Positions 1-9,900 of a DNA stretch of 64,000 nt are shown piece after piece. The position numbers and the translations under genes were made by a program. This stretch comes from Fidelibacterota bacterium (GTDB lineage Bacteria > Fidelibacterota > Fidelibacteria > Fidelibacterales > DSDE01): assembly GCA_046735395.1 (NCBI GenBank), contig JBJKQR010000018.1, forward strand, positions 31,088-95,087. The letters are read 5' to 3'. A model generated the notes under the pieces. The model was not told where the DNA came from, ran no database searches, and saw only the letters and a program-made list of their open reading frames with translations. Every line of letters begins with the position of its first letter. Position 1 is the stretch's first letter.

Positions 1-119
1 GATAGGACATACTTCCTGTTGAGGCGGGTCCTGTTCTTGGTCGCAGTACCACAATGCGGGCAGGTCTTTTTCTCTGATATCACGCTGTGACTGCATTCTT
101 CACAGGGTTTCAAGGTCAT
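1..119 (-). CDS. zinc-ribbon protein, N-terminal fragment (gene runs off the left edge)
   Basis: Hand translation of the minus strand from the ATG at 119 gives MTLKPCEECSHSVISEKKTCPHCGTATKNRTRLNRKYVL..., open to position 1. It shows a CxxC-x10-CxxC zinc-ribbon pattern. It is too short and partial to appear in the ORF track. Confidence 0.4.
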   Translation of the reverse strand, partial: MTLKPCEECSHSVISEKKTCPHCGTATKNRTRLNRKYVL

Positions 120-320
120 GATTTTTCTTCACTAAATTTTGTTGGTACATCTACGTTTTCCTTAGAAAACTGTCCAACTTGAATATGGGCACATCCGAAA
201 GTAAAAAACTCTCATGCCTCACCAGACCATTTCAAAAATTCTTAACGAAACAACAAGCGCAGTATCATACTATTTAAGCTGAATAATTGCAACGTAAAAG
301 AGAGCATTAGCCCTGGTGCA

Positions 321-348
321 AGAAAGGGAAGCTTTCGCTTCCCTTTCT
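321..348 (-). terminator. hairpin downstream of the tyrosine-kinase gene (possible terminator)
   Basis: Perfect 12-bp stem AGAAAGGGAAGC / GCTTCCCTTTCT with loop TTTC, about 60 nt after the stop at 409. No clean U-tract on the minus strand, so it is only a candidate. Confidence 0.35.
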
Positions 349-408
349 ATCTGTATTTCAGTTACTTAGTATCTTCTGTTCGTTGACCGGAACTTCTTTT
401 TTTACCGT

Positions 409-2724
409 CTAATATTTGTAGTGATAATATTTGTGATAATAGTAATAGGACCCGGTCATATTATTGGGATTCACGTTATTGACGACGGCGCCGAGGAGCG
501 GAGTCTTGGACTGATCCACGAGGCCCTTGGCGTAATTAAGCAGTTCCTTGTAGGTATGTCCGGAGCTGACTACGAAGAGCATGGAATCCACGAAGGTTCC
601 GACGACGGTGGAGTCGGTGACGGCGATGACAGGCGGAGCGTCGTAGAAGATGCGGTCAAAACGTTCGAGCAGGCCTTGATGAAGTTCCCGCATTTTATTG
701 CTGCCGAGCGTTTCGCTGGGATTGGGGGGGATATTGCCGCTGGGAATAATGTAAAGATTATCGAACTCGGTCTTGTAGATGATATCATCAAGGGATACGC
801 GGCCCATGACGGCATCGACCAGCCCCGGAACGCGGTTAATCTTGAAGAGCTTGTGTACCACCGGTTTGCGGAGATCCGTATCGATCAGGACGGTTTTGTA
901 ATCCATCTGGGCATAGGCGAGGGCGAGGTTTGCGATGGTGGTGGATTTTCCTTCGCCGGGACCGCAGGAGGTGACGACGACGGAGCGGATGCGGTCTTCC
1001 ACCCGGCTCAGTTCAATATTGGTTCTCAGTGTACGATAGGCTTCCGAAACGGGTGATTTACTGTCGAGATTGACAATAAGCCGGCTCTGGAAGTTCGTGA
1101 CGAATTCGTCGCCGCTTTTTTCCGCGGCCTTCTTGCGCAGCGATTCTGTATCCATGGACGGCACCATGGCCATGACGGGGAATCCGGCCTTCTGCACATC
1201 TTCCTTGCTCTTGATGGTATTATCGAGAAATTCACGGATGAAAATGATGCCGATGCCGAGGCCGAGGCCGAGAAAACCGCCGAGGAGAATGTTCATCTTT
1301 TTCTTGGGCTTGATGGGGAATTTGGCCGGGACAGCTTCATCGACGACGTACACATTGCCGATCTGGCTGGCTTCCGTGATACGTGATTCCTCGAAGCGCT
1401 GCTTCATCATGAGGTAAAGTTTCTCATTGACCTGCCGGTCCCGTTCGAGGCGGGCATAGGCGATGACCTTGACCGGGAGTTTTTCCAGTTCACCATTATA
1501 AAAGTCCACGAGCCGCTTGTATTCCAGAACCTTGGCATCATTGCTGATCTGTTCGGTCTGCAGCCGGACAATATCCTTGAGCATATCCTGATTGACGCCC
1601 ATGGGGTCATCCGGGCCCGGGACATAGCCGGAGTTGAGCAGACGCTGCGTTTCCGTATTCAGACGCTTCTTGTAAATTTTTATCTGGTCGGAAAATTCCT
1701 TGTACTGGGAGGACTTCTCGTCATATCCCTGCGTTTCGACCTGAACAATTTTTGATTCCAGATCCGCGATTTTGAACTGGAGATTCAGAATGAGGGGATT
1801 GGAGGTCTGGATTACGGATTTGAGGAGTTCCTTTTCCTTGACGGAAAGCTGGTCTTCCAGATATTTCAACTGTTTCAGAATAACCTGTTTTTCCGCTTCC
1901 GCTGTATTGTAGACAGATTCGAAATCAGAGAGTTTGGTGATGAGTTCCTGAGAGGCGACGTCCAGATTGACCACACCCTGTCTCTGCTGATAAGCCTGCA
2001 GCGTATCCTCGCTGGTTTTCAGATTACTTTCAATTGTGGTCAGCTGGGTCTTGAGAAAGTCCTTGACCTCACCCATGGCGCCGCGGCTGCGTTCCAAATC
2101 CAGATCATAATACTGCTCGGCCATGACATTGACGACGAGAGCGGCTTCTGCAGCGCTTTTTGACTGATAGGTAATGCGGATGGCCTGTGTTTCCCGGATC
2201 GTGGAAATATTGATGCTTTCCTGAAGGTCCGTGGCCAGATCCCGGTTGATTTCCGCTTCACTCGGGACGCGTTCAGTTGAATCACCCTGGTTCCCGAGCA
2301 GGAGAAGCCACTGTGTAAATTTTTGCAGCGGGCTTTTATCTTCCTGATCCTTTTTCCGTCCGCCCAGCACAAAAAGGCTGTCCTGTGCATGAGATTTTTT
2401 CAGGGCTGCAATAGTCCGTTCCGCAAGTTTGCGGGATTTGACGATCTCCAGTTCATTATTGACCTTCATCTGATTTGAGCCGAAGGGCGACATGAGATCG
2501 AACATGCCGGCGGCGGCATCCCCGGAATTTTCGATGAGCAGAAGAGTAGAGGATTCATAAATTGGATCGGTGGTGAAGGTGTACCAGGCCGTTGCCGCTA
2601 TGACGAGAATGAAGGAAAGTACGATAATCCATTTTCCCTGAAGAATGATCCGGAATATTTCCTGTATATTGATTTCCTCTTCTTCATCAAAGCGCGTATA
2701 TGGATTCTGAGGGTTTTGGTTCAT
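409..2724 (-). CDS. polysaccharide co-polymerase / tyrosine autokinase (Wzc/GumC/EpsB-like)
   Basis: Two TM segments flank a long coiled-coil Wzz-like region. The C-terminal CpsD/CapB-type P-loop domain has GPGEGKST (Walker A), DTDLRKP and FYDAPP. Tyr-rich tail YYYYHKYYHYKY. ATG preceded by AAGGAA. Confidence 0.85.
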   Translation of the reverse strand: MNQNPQNPYTRFDEEEEINIQEIFRIILQGKWIIVLSFILVIAATAWYTFTTDPIYESSTLLLIENSGDAAAGMFDLMSPFGSNQMKVNNELEIVKSRKLAERTIAALKKSHAQDSLFVLGGRKKDQEDKSPLQKFTQWLLLLGNQGDSTERVPSEAEINRDLATDLQESINISTIRETQAIRITYQSKSAAEAALVVNVMAEQYYDLDLERSRGAMGEVKDFLKTQLTTIESNLKTSEDTLQAYQQRQGVVNLDVASQELITKLSDFESVYNTAEAEKQVILKQLKYLEDQLSVKEKELLKSVIQTSNPLILNLQFKIADLESKIVQVETQGYDEKSSQYKEFSDQIKIYKKRLNTETQRLLNSGYVPGPDDPMGVNQDMLKDIVRLQTEQISNDAKVLEYKRLVDFYNGELEKLPVKVIAYARLERDRQVNEKLYLMMKQRFEESRITEASQIGNVYVVDEAVPAKFPIKPKKKMNILLGGFLGLGLGIGIIFIREFLDNTIKSKEDVQKAGFPVMAMVPSMDTESLRKKAAEKSGDEFVTNFQSRLIVNLDSKSPVSEAYRTLRTNIELSRVEDRIRSVVVTSCGPGEGKSTTIANLALAYAQMDYKTVLIDTDLRKPVVHKLFKINRVPGLVDAVMGRVSLDDIIYKTEFDNLYIIPSGNIPPNPSETLGSNKMRELHQGLLERFDRIFYDAPPVIAVTDSTVVGTFVDSMLFVVSSGHTYKELLNYAKGLVDQSKTPLLGAVVNNVNPNNMTGSYYYYHKYYHYKY

Positions 2725-2787
2725 TTTATTTCCTTGTCAGTTCAAAATTCAGCCACGTAATATAGGAAATTATCCAAAGTGGCGCAT

Positions 2788-3741
2788 TCAATTATTTTTC
2801 ACTTCCCGCAGGGAGATGCCGGAGCGGAAAAAGTATATGGTACCGAGAAAAGTGATGGGGATGAAGCCGGCGAGATGCATCATGACGGCAAAGGCCAGTG
2901 CCTGCGACTTGTCCACGGAGAGAAAGGTGAGGATGGCAATGAGGCCGCTGTGATAGGTGCCCAGGGAACCGGGTGCGGAGGGTATGGACACGGCGAAGGT
3001 CGAGGCCGCCAGCACAAGCGCCGCATCCGCAACGGAAAGATGAAATCCGAAGGCCTGAAAACCGATGAAGTAATGGCATCCGTAGATCAGCCAGAGAAAA
3101 AGGGATGTGGAAATGATTTTCCAGTAATCGTCCATTTTAAACAGCGCGGCCAGTGACAGATGGAATTCCTTGAGCATTTTACTGACGGGACTGGTTTTTT
3201 CCGACAGGTAGAGGGTGATCCGATAACTGTTGCGCCGATAGAAAACGAGAAGAATGATCAGGAGGAGAATTACGATCAACAGGTAGTACCGGGTTTTTCC
3301 GGCCCAATCCGGCAGAGCGGCGCCGAAGGACATGATGAGGAAAACGGCAAAAAAGGCCAGCAGATCCAGAAAACGGTCGGCGACCACGGTGGGAACGAGC
3401 TTTACCGTACCGATACCCGTAAAGCGGGCGGCGACATAGGCGCGAAGCAGTTCACCGAGGCGAAAGGGCAGTACATTGTTTCCGAAATATCCGATCATGA
3501 CGCTTTTGTACAGAGGATACACGCGGGTCTGCCCCAGGGGCTTGATAATGTACTTCCAGCGCAGCGCCCGGACATATATGGACAGAACCATGAGAACCAT
3601 GGTGGAAGAATACCAGGCGAGGTGGATATAACGAATCTGTTCGCTCACCGTGTGCCAGTTGATACCCCAGAAGGCGTATACTACGGCAATTACAGAGACA
3701 GCAAGTCCTGCGTAATTCAAGATGCGGCGGGTATGCTTCAT
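2788..3741 (-). CDS. flippase-like / LPG-synthase-TM (UPF0104) family integral membrane protein
   Basis: Polytopic membrane protein with the family-typical RALRWKYII...GYFGNNVLPFRLGELLRAY signature. Confidence 0.7.
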   Translation of the reverse strand: MKHTRRILNYAGLAVSVIAVVYAFWGINWHTVSEQIRYIHLAWYSSTMVLMVLSIYVRALRWKYIIKPLGQTRVYPLYKSVMIGYFGNNVLPFRLGELLRAYVAARFTGIGTVKLVPTVVADRFLDLLAFFAVFLIMSFGAALPDWAGKTRYYLLIVILLLIILLVFYRRNSYRITLYLSEKTSPVSKMLKEFHLSLAALFKMDDYWKIISTSLFLWLIYGCHYFIGFQAFGFHLSVADAALVLAASTFAVSIPSAPGSLGTYHSGLIAILTFLSVDKSQALAFAVMMHLAGFIPITFLGTIYFFRSGISLREVKNN

Positions 3742-3748
3742 AGGGCGG

Positions 3749-4321
3749 TCAACTGAAGGTTCGTTTGCTGATCATGGCCAGAAATTCACTGCGGGTTTCC
3801 ATGTCATCATGAAATTCTCCGAGCATGGCGGAGGTGGTGGTGAAGGAATTCTTCTTTTCCACACCGCGCATCTGCATGCACATATGCTGGCCTTCCACGA
3901 CCACTCCGATACCGATGGGATTCAGGATGCCCTGCAGTGCGTCGGCAATCTGCTGAGTCATACGCTCCTGTATCTGCAGCCGGCGCGAATACATTTCAAC
4001 AATGCGGGGGATTTTGCTGAGTCCGATCACCTTACCGTTGGGGATATAGCCCACGTGAGCCACACCGAAAAAGGGCAGCATATGATGTTCACAGAGTGAA
4101 AAGAAATCGATGTCCCGGACTACGACCATTCCCTGTGAACTTTCATTGTAAATGGCGTCACCCACCACGTCATTCAGGGTGAGATGATACCCTTTGGCGA
4201 GAAATTCCCAGGATCGGGCGACACGGTCCGGTGTCTTCAGCAACCCTTCCCGCTCGGGATCTTCCCCGATTTCAACCAGAAGCCGGCTGATAATGTGCGA
4301 TATGTTTTCCCTGTTTGTCAT
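3749..4321 (-). CDS. folE: GTP cyclohydrolase I (type 1)
   Basis: 190 aa with [12 protein letters not shown] and [15 protein letters not shown] motifs. 4-nt overlap with the upstream gene. Confidence 0.9.
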   Translation of the reverse strand: MTNRENISHIISRLLVEIGEDPEREGLLKTPDRVARSWEFLAKGYHLTLNDVVGDAIYNESSQGMVVVRDIDFFSLCEHHMLPFFGVAHVGYIPNGKVIGLSKIPRIVEMYSRRLQIQERMTQQIADALQGILNPIGIGVVVEGQHMCMQMRGVEKKNSFTTTSAMLGEFHDDMETRSEFLAMISKRTFS

Positions 4322-4743
4322 ACAGGAGTCCTTTCTATGACGAATTTTGAGGATAAATCCTCATTTTCCGCAACCTCCACAGAGATGAGATGAACAGGCT
4401 GAGGAAAACTGTCCTTGAGTTTATTATAGATAAAGAGACACAGATTTTCCGTGGTCGGCAGATGATCGCTGAACCAGGAATGCGCCTCATTAATATAGTT
4501 TGTATCGAATACCTGCAGAACCTGCCGCGTCACCACATCGTCGATTTCATTAAAATCCATCAGCATGCCCGAACCGGGATCAACCTGTCCCTGCAGGCCG
4601 ATGATCAGAGAGAAATTATGTCCGTGAATGCGTGAATAAAGGCCGTATTTCTGAAAATTGGCATCCTCAGACAAGGAGTCGTCCCAATATCGATGGGCAG
4701 CAGAAAAGCAGCATTTGTGGTAGAGGGTATGCATACCGCTCAT
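4318..4743 (-). CDS. 6-pyruvoyl-tetrahydropterin synthase / QueD (COG0720) family paralog lacking the canonical catalytic Cys
   Basis: FSAAH, IHGHNF and PTTENL motifs (Zn-ligand His residues retained). The position of the Cys in Cx3HGH / Cx5HGH reads [11 protein letters not shown] Cys-Cys pair lies just before FSAAH. Confidence 0.75.
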   Translation of the reverse strand: MSGMHTLYHKCCFSAAHRYWDDSLSEDANFQKYGLYSRIHGHNFSLIIGLQGQVDPGSGMLMDFNEIDDVVTRQVLQVFDTNYINEAHSWFSDHLPTTENLCLFIYNKLKDSFPQPVHLISVEVAENEDLSSKFVIERTPV

Positions 4744-5147
4744 TCTCCCCGGTACACGACCCAGTTGTTGTCAGTTTCCCAGAGTCTGATCTCGTGGAGC
4801 ATGCCCTCGGGTAGCAGGGTTTGAAGTTCTTTCCAGATGCCGACAGCCAGGTTTTCGGATGTGGGGACAATGTCCTTCATGAAATCTGTATCATAATTGA
4901 TGAATTTGTGGTCCAGTTTTGAAAGGATCCTGTCTTCCAGCAGTTTTTTCAGATCCTTGAGATCAATGATCATTCCCGTATCTCCGGGGATCTCACCCTT
5001 CACGGTCACTTCCAGCGTATAATTGTGTCCGTGTCCGTTCTCCCAGCTGCACTTTCCGTAGGTTTCGCGGTTTTTTTCATCGCTGAATCCGGGATTTCGC
5101 AGTATATGCGAGGCGCTGAACTGCACCTTTTTAGTAAGATATATCAT
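4740..5147 (-). CDS. 6-pyruvoyl-tetrahydropterin synthase / QueD family (Cx5HGH type)
   Basis: FSASH, GKCSWENGHGHNY (the same spacing as the animal PTPS CNNPNGHGHNY motif), PTSENL. 135 aa. Confidence 0.85.
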   Translation of the reverse strand: MIYLTKKVQFSASHILRNPGFSDEKNRETYGKCSWENGHGHNYTLEVTVKGEIPGDTGMIIDLKDLKKLLEDRILSKLDHKFINYDTDFMKDIVPTSENLAVGIWKELQTLLPEGMLHEIRLWETDNNWVVYRGE

Positions 5148-5149
5148 AA

Positions 5150-5332
5150 TTATTCCAGCTCAGGCTGAATTTCCAGCCCTTCCTGAATCATTTTCTCCTG
5201 AAGTTCAAACCGTTCCCGGCAGTTTTTGCAGTACCAGAAACCTTCGGATAAGGGGAGTTCCTTCAGATCGTCACTGCTGCCGCAGAAATTGCACACTTCT
5301 CCTTCAGGAGCTTTTTTTGTCTCCGTTTTCAT
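5150..5332 (-). CDS. small zinc-ribbon protein (60 aa), first gene of the pterin operon
   Basis: CNFC-x17-CKNC pattern. Only 2 nt upstream of the PTPS gene on the same strand. No family recognised. Confidence 0.55.
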   Translation of the reverse strand: MKTETKKAPEGEVCNFCGSSDDLKELPLSEGFWYCKNCRERFELQEKMIQEGLEIQPELE

Positions 5333-5658
5333 GCTGTGAATTTATCGCCTTCTCTCAGATATTACAACTGCTATTCGGGTTGGCAAAGGGTTCCTGTGAC
5401 CTGATCCGGTATGCGATGCCAGGTGTCTCATTAAAGGAAATATCAGACTTCGGGTCCCTTCTCTGTGACGAAAATGGCATGGGTACTTTGAAGGGATACT
5501 TGCCATGCGGCTGCTATTTGGATAAATTCGCGCATGAATTTCAGCACCGATATGGTCGTCCCGCGTGGATCAGGGAATGCGTTTTCCTATTGTATCCGCA
5601 TTGTGAGGGATGAGCGTCCGGTATTATTGGGAAGTATCCCGGGAAGGAAAGGACACCC

Positions 5659-6864
5659 ATGCGAAAAACTGTCGCTGCCCTGCTGTCAATTGCACTGATG
5701 ATGAGCTGCCAGACTCAGTCCGACAAAGATAAACAGATTATGGAAACAGCAAAAAAGCTGGCTCAGAGCTTTGTTATTGTGGATACGCATATTGATTATC
5801 CCCTGAAACAGGAACGAAAATTTCTCAATCCTGAACTGCTGGATACGACGCGGAATTTCGATATCCCCCGTGCAATGAAGGGAGGGCTGAACCTGCCATT
5901 TTTTGCGCTCTATATTTCCCCTCATCATCAGCTGGACGGAACATCATATCAGGCTGCAGAGGATGTGTTCGCGGTGATTGATAAAATGAAGGACCACTAT
6001 TCGGATTCGCTGCAGCTCGTCACCAGCGCGTCAGATTTCCGGAAAAATTTCGAAACAAATCCCCGGAAAGTATACATGGGTCTTGGAATGGAAAACGGGG
6101 CGCCGATCGAGAAGGATCTGAGCCGTATCAAAATGTATTACGACCGGGGTGTCCGCTATCTCACGCTTTGTCACGGGAAGGACAACCAGATCTGCGACTC
6201 GTCCTACGACAGCACACAGACCTGGCAGGGCCTCTCGCCCTTCGGCCATCAGGTTGTGGCCGAAATGAACCGCGTGGGGATGATGATCGATGTGGCCCAT
6301 GTCTCCGATTCCACTTTTTACCAGGTCGTGCGCGAAAGCCGGGTTCCGGTCATCGCCACACACAGCGCCTGCCGACATTTTACACCGGGTTTTGAACGGA
6401 ATCTGAGCGATGATATGATCCGGAAACTTGCACAGTCCGGCGGGCTGATCATGATCAATTTCGGGTCCACCTTCGTTCGCCCGGAAATCAATGCCCAGGC
6501 CCAGGCCGGTGAACGCTATGCGGAGGAGGAACGGGTCAAGCGCGGCCTTACCGAGGGCGATCCCGAATACCGTGCGCTGGTTAAAGCCTACCGGGAAGCT
6601 CATCCGCTGCCCCTGGCCGATGTGTCCGACGTGGCCAGGAATATCGTCTATGCCGTAAAACTGGCCGGGATCGATCGTGTGGGTATCGGATCTGATTTTG
6701 AAGGCCTCGGCAACACGCTTCCAACCGGTTTGACCGATGTGAGCATGTATCCCAATCTACTTGCGGAACTGCTGAAGGCCGGTCTTTCGGAACAGGATAT
6801 TAAAAAGATTTGCGGTGAGAATTTTCTGAATTATTGGGAAAAAGTGCAGGAAGCCGCGGGCTGA
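5659..6864 (+). CDS. membrane dipeptidase (peptidase M19), secreted or lipoprotein
   Basis: Signal peptide ending LMMSC. M19 motifs VDTHIDYP, LTLCHGKDN, DVAHVSD, IATHS, GIGSDFEG. RBS AAGGAAAGGA. Confidence 0.85.
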   Translation: MRKTVAALLSIALMMSCQTQSDKDKQIMETAKKLAQSFVIVDTHIDYPLKQERKFLNPELLDTTRNFDIPRAMKGGLNLPFFALYISPHHQLDGTSYQAAEDVFAVIDKMKDHYSDSLQLVTSASDFRKNFETNPRKVYMGLGMENGAPIEKDLSRIKMYYDRGVRYLTLCHGKDNQICDSSYDSTQTWQGLSPFGHQVVAEMNRVGMMIDVAHVSDSTFYQVVRESRVPVIATHSACRHFTPGFERNLSDDMIRKLAQSGGLIMINFGSTFVRPEINAQAQAGERYAEEERVKRGLTEGDPEYRALVKAYREAHPLPLADVSDVARNIVYAVKLAGIDRVGIGSDFEGLGNTLPTGLTDVSMYPNLLAELLKAGLSEQDIKKICGENFLNYWEKVQEAAG

Positions 6865-6990
6865 GAAGGCCCTCATCTGCCCGGTATTACCGGCTTCTGA
6901 GTTTTTCCACACAGCAATATTTTACATGGAAATGGGAGAATTTTAGTAGTATCTTCCTCCGCATGATTCGTATTTACGGACCCCTGACAA

Positions 6991-9900
6991 ATGCAGTTTC
7001 AAGATAAAAAATCAACCACATCTCACCATCAACCGGACGCTCATATACTGAATCAGCTGTATCTCTCCAATATACAGCGGGGAAAGCTGTTTTCAGTTTT
7101 TATCATGGTAATTCTCTTTCCTCTGTTGTTTCTGGATTATTTACGCTTTCAACCCCTGACCGGGGAAATGTACCAGGGCGGCCAGCTGGTGTTCATCGGA
7201 CATCTCTTTTCCTTTCTCCTCATCGTGCTGTGCTTTCTGCTGGCGCTTCGCTACAATTCCCTGGAACGGACGGGTGTGACACAGCGCTACCGGGTGGCGG
7301 TGAATACTCTGCTGTATCTGCTCCTGATGAGCACGACACTTGTTTCGGCCGGAGATATCATGATGGGAACGGGTATCGCCAATTATCTCAGTGCCATCAT
7401 GCTGTTCTCGATCCTGGTCTATTTCCCGCGCTGGTTCAGCGTTTTCTTCTTCTTTTCCATGACTCTGGCGCTGAGCGTATTTATCCATTATGTCGGGACG
7501 GATCGGGACCAGATGCTGACCAATCTGTATGTGTATACCTTCATTGCCTTTGCAGCCTCCCGCTACATGTATTACATGAAGAAGAATGATATCCGGCTTC
7601 AGGCGGAACTGGATAATTCCCGAAAGCTGTACAAGGCTATTTTCGACAGTTCGCCGGATCCGATTGTAATCCACGATGGTGAGCGCATCCTCAATGCCAA
7701 TCAGGCCACGGCACGGGCGCTCGGAGTTCCGTCCACAACGGAGATCATCGGCAGAGATCCCTTCCTCTTTGTTCATCCGGAGGATATCACGAAAAGCAGT
7801 TCGCGGGTTATGGAAATGATCCGGACCCACAAGGCGCTTCCGCCGGAGGAATTCAAGTTTCTGGTTCAGGGAAATGAGGAACGGACCGTTATTGCCACAC
7901 CCATGCCCATTATCTATCAGGAAAAACCTGCGATGATGGTCAATTATCATGATATCACGGATCAGAAGAGGGCTGAAAATGTTGCCCGGATCAGTGAAGA
8001 CCGCGCCCATCTCCAGCGCACCGCCATCGCCCGCCTGGCCGTTGATGAAAATCTGGATGAAGGGCCTCTCGAATCCTCCTTTCAGAAACTGACGGAAACC
8101 GTGGCAAGTGTTCTGTCCGTCAACCGCTGCAGTATCTGGCTCTTTGACGAGGATCGCTTTCTTCTTGTCTGCCGCGATCTCTATGATAATATTCAACAAC
8201 AGCACAAACTGGATTCTCCTCTGACCGTTTCGGATTATCCCCGCTATTTCAATACCCTGTATAAGGAAAACCTGCTGGCCACTACCGATGTGGCCAATGA
8301 TCCGCGGCTCATCGATTTTAAGAAGCCCGGAGATGAAAATCAGCCGGCACGCTCCATTATGGATTGTGCCATTAATATGGATGGCCGCCTCATCGGTGTT
8401 CTCTGCATGGAGACGTCCGGGGATGATCATGCCTGGCTGCCCAGTGAGGAAGCATTTGCCAGCAATATTGCCTCCCTCGCCGCTCATATTCTGCTCAACA
8501 AAAAGCGGCGAGCAGCGGAGAAGGCTCTCGAGGACAGCTATAAGGTCTCCGAGATTATCAACGATATCCTCAGGAAAGTCAATTCCACCGGATCCATGGA
8601 TGAATTATTTCTGACGGTCCATCAATCGGTCAGCCGGCTTTTCAACGCACAGAATTTCTATATCGCCCTGCTGAACAAGGAAAAAACCCGAATTCATTTT
8701 CCCTATTACCGTGATGAGATGGACAAGTGGCTGGAAGAAGGCAGCGAAAGCAACGATATTGATGCCGGGGATTCCCGGTCTCTGACGGCGCAGGTTGTCC
8801 GGGAAGGCCAGGGAATGCTTCTCGATGATAAGGCCATCAATGAAAAATTTGCGGACTCGAATGATCAGTTCTACGGCAGCCTGCCTCTACAGTGGCTGGG
8901 TGTGCCCATCCGCATTCGCGAGGATATCATCGGCGGAATCGTAGTTCAGAGCTATAATAACCCGAACCAATATACACCTGCGGATAAAACATTTCTGGAG
9001 ACGGTGGCCGAATCCATTGCTCCGGCCTTTGAACGGATCATCGCGGAAACAGCGCTGCGGGAGAGCCGTAAAAAATATCAGGATCTGTTTGAAAAATCCG
9101 CGGATGCCAATCTCATAATTGAAAACAGTGTTTTCATAGATTTTAACCAGGCCGCACAGGATATGCTGCAATTATCAGCGGCGGACAGGCATAAAAAGAT
9201 ACATCCGGCCGATATTTCACCTGCAGCCCAACCCGATGGAGAAAATTCATTGGAAAAGTCTGAACGGATGATGCAGCTGGCCATTGATAACGGGTCAAAT
9301 CGTTTCGAATGGATACATGTCCGGGGAAACGGCGAAGCCTTTCCGACGGAAATACTCCTGACCGCTATTTATCCCGAAGATGGTAAGCCGCTCATTCATA
9401 CCGTGGTGCGGGATATTACCGAAAAGAAGAAGACCGAAGAGGCCATGCTGAAAAGTCAGCGTCTGGGCGCCATCGGGGAAATGGCCTCAGCCGTCGCCCA
9501 CGATTTCAATAATTCCCTGCAGTCCATTTTCGGAAATCTGGAACTGGCCACCATGTTCCAGAAACTGCCGGAAGAACTGAGGCAGTATCTCCACAGTATG
9601 AAAACGGCTGCGGAAGATGCGGCTACCCGGGTTCAGCTGCTGCAGCGCTTCGGCGGAAAAAAACAGAGCCGGAGTGTATATGGGCTTGTGGATATGAATC
9701 AGGTCGTTCAGGATGTTATCCTCCAGTCCCGGCCGCTCTGGAAGGATCAGGCTGAGAAGAATGGAATCGTTATTACTATTGAAACCACGCCGGGCAGCAT
9801 CCCGCCTGTTACCGGAAATGAGGGTGAACTCAGATCGGTATTGTACAATATTGTCAAAAACAGTACGGAAGCCATGCCCGAGGGCGGAAGCATCCGTATC

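Noticed and set aside
5317-5613. 98-aa ORF in the divergent region between the Zn-ribbon gene and the dipeptidase gene
   Set aside because: It has no RBS, a Cys/Phe-rich odd composition, and overlaps the 5-prime end of the Zn-ribbon gene. It is more likely promoter DNA.
7141-8487. 448-aa ORF antisense to the 1189-aa histidine kinase. Similar long antisense ORFs occur at 12938..14446, 23373..24539, 27452..29029, 38101..39600, 40737..41849, 52756..54096 and 55490..56863.
   Set aside because: Each lies entirely inside, and opposite to, a gene with unmistakable family motifs. Their translations are low-complexity (rich in G, R, H and I) with no recognisable motif. Long shadow ORFs are expected opposite codon-biased genes.
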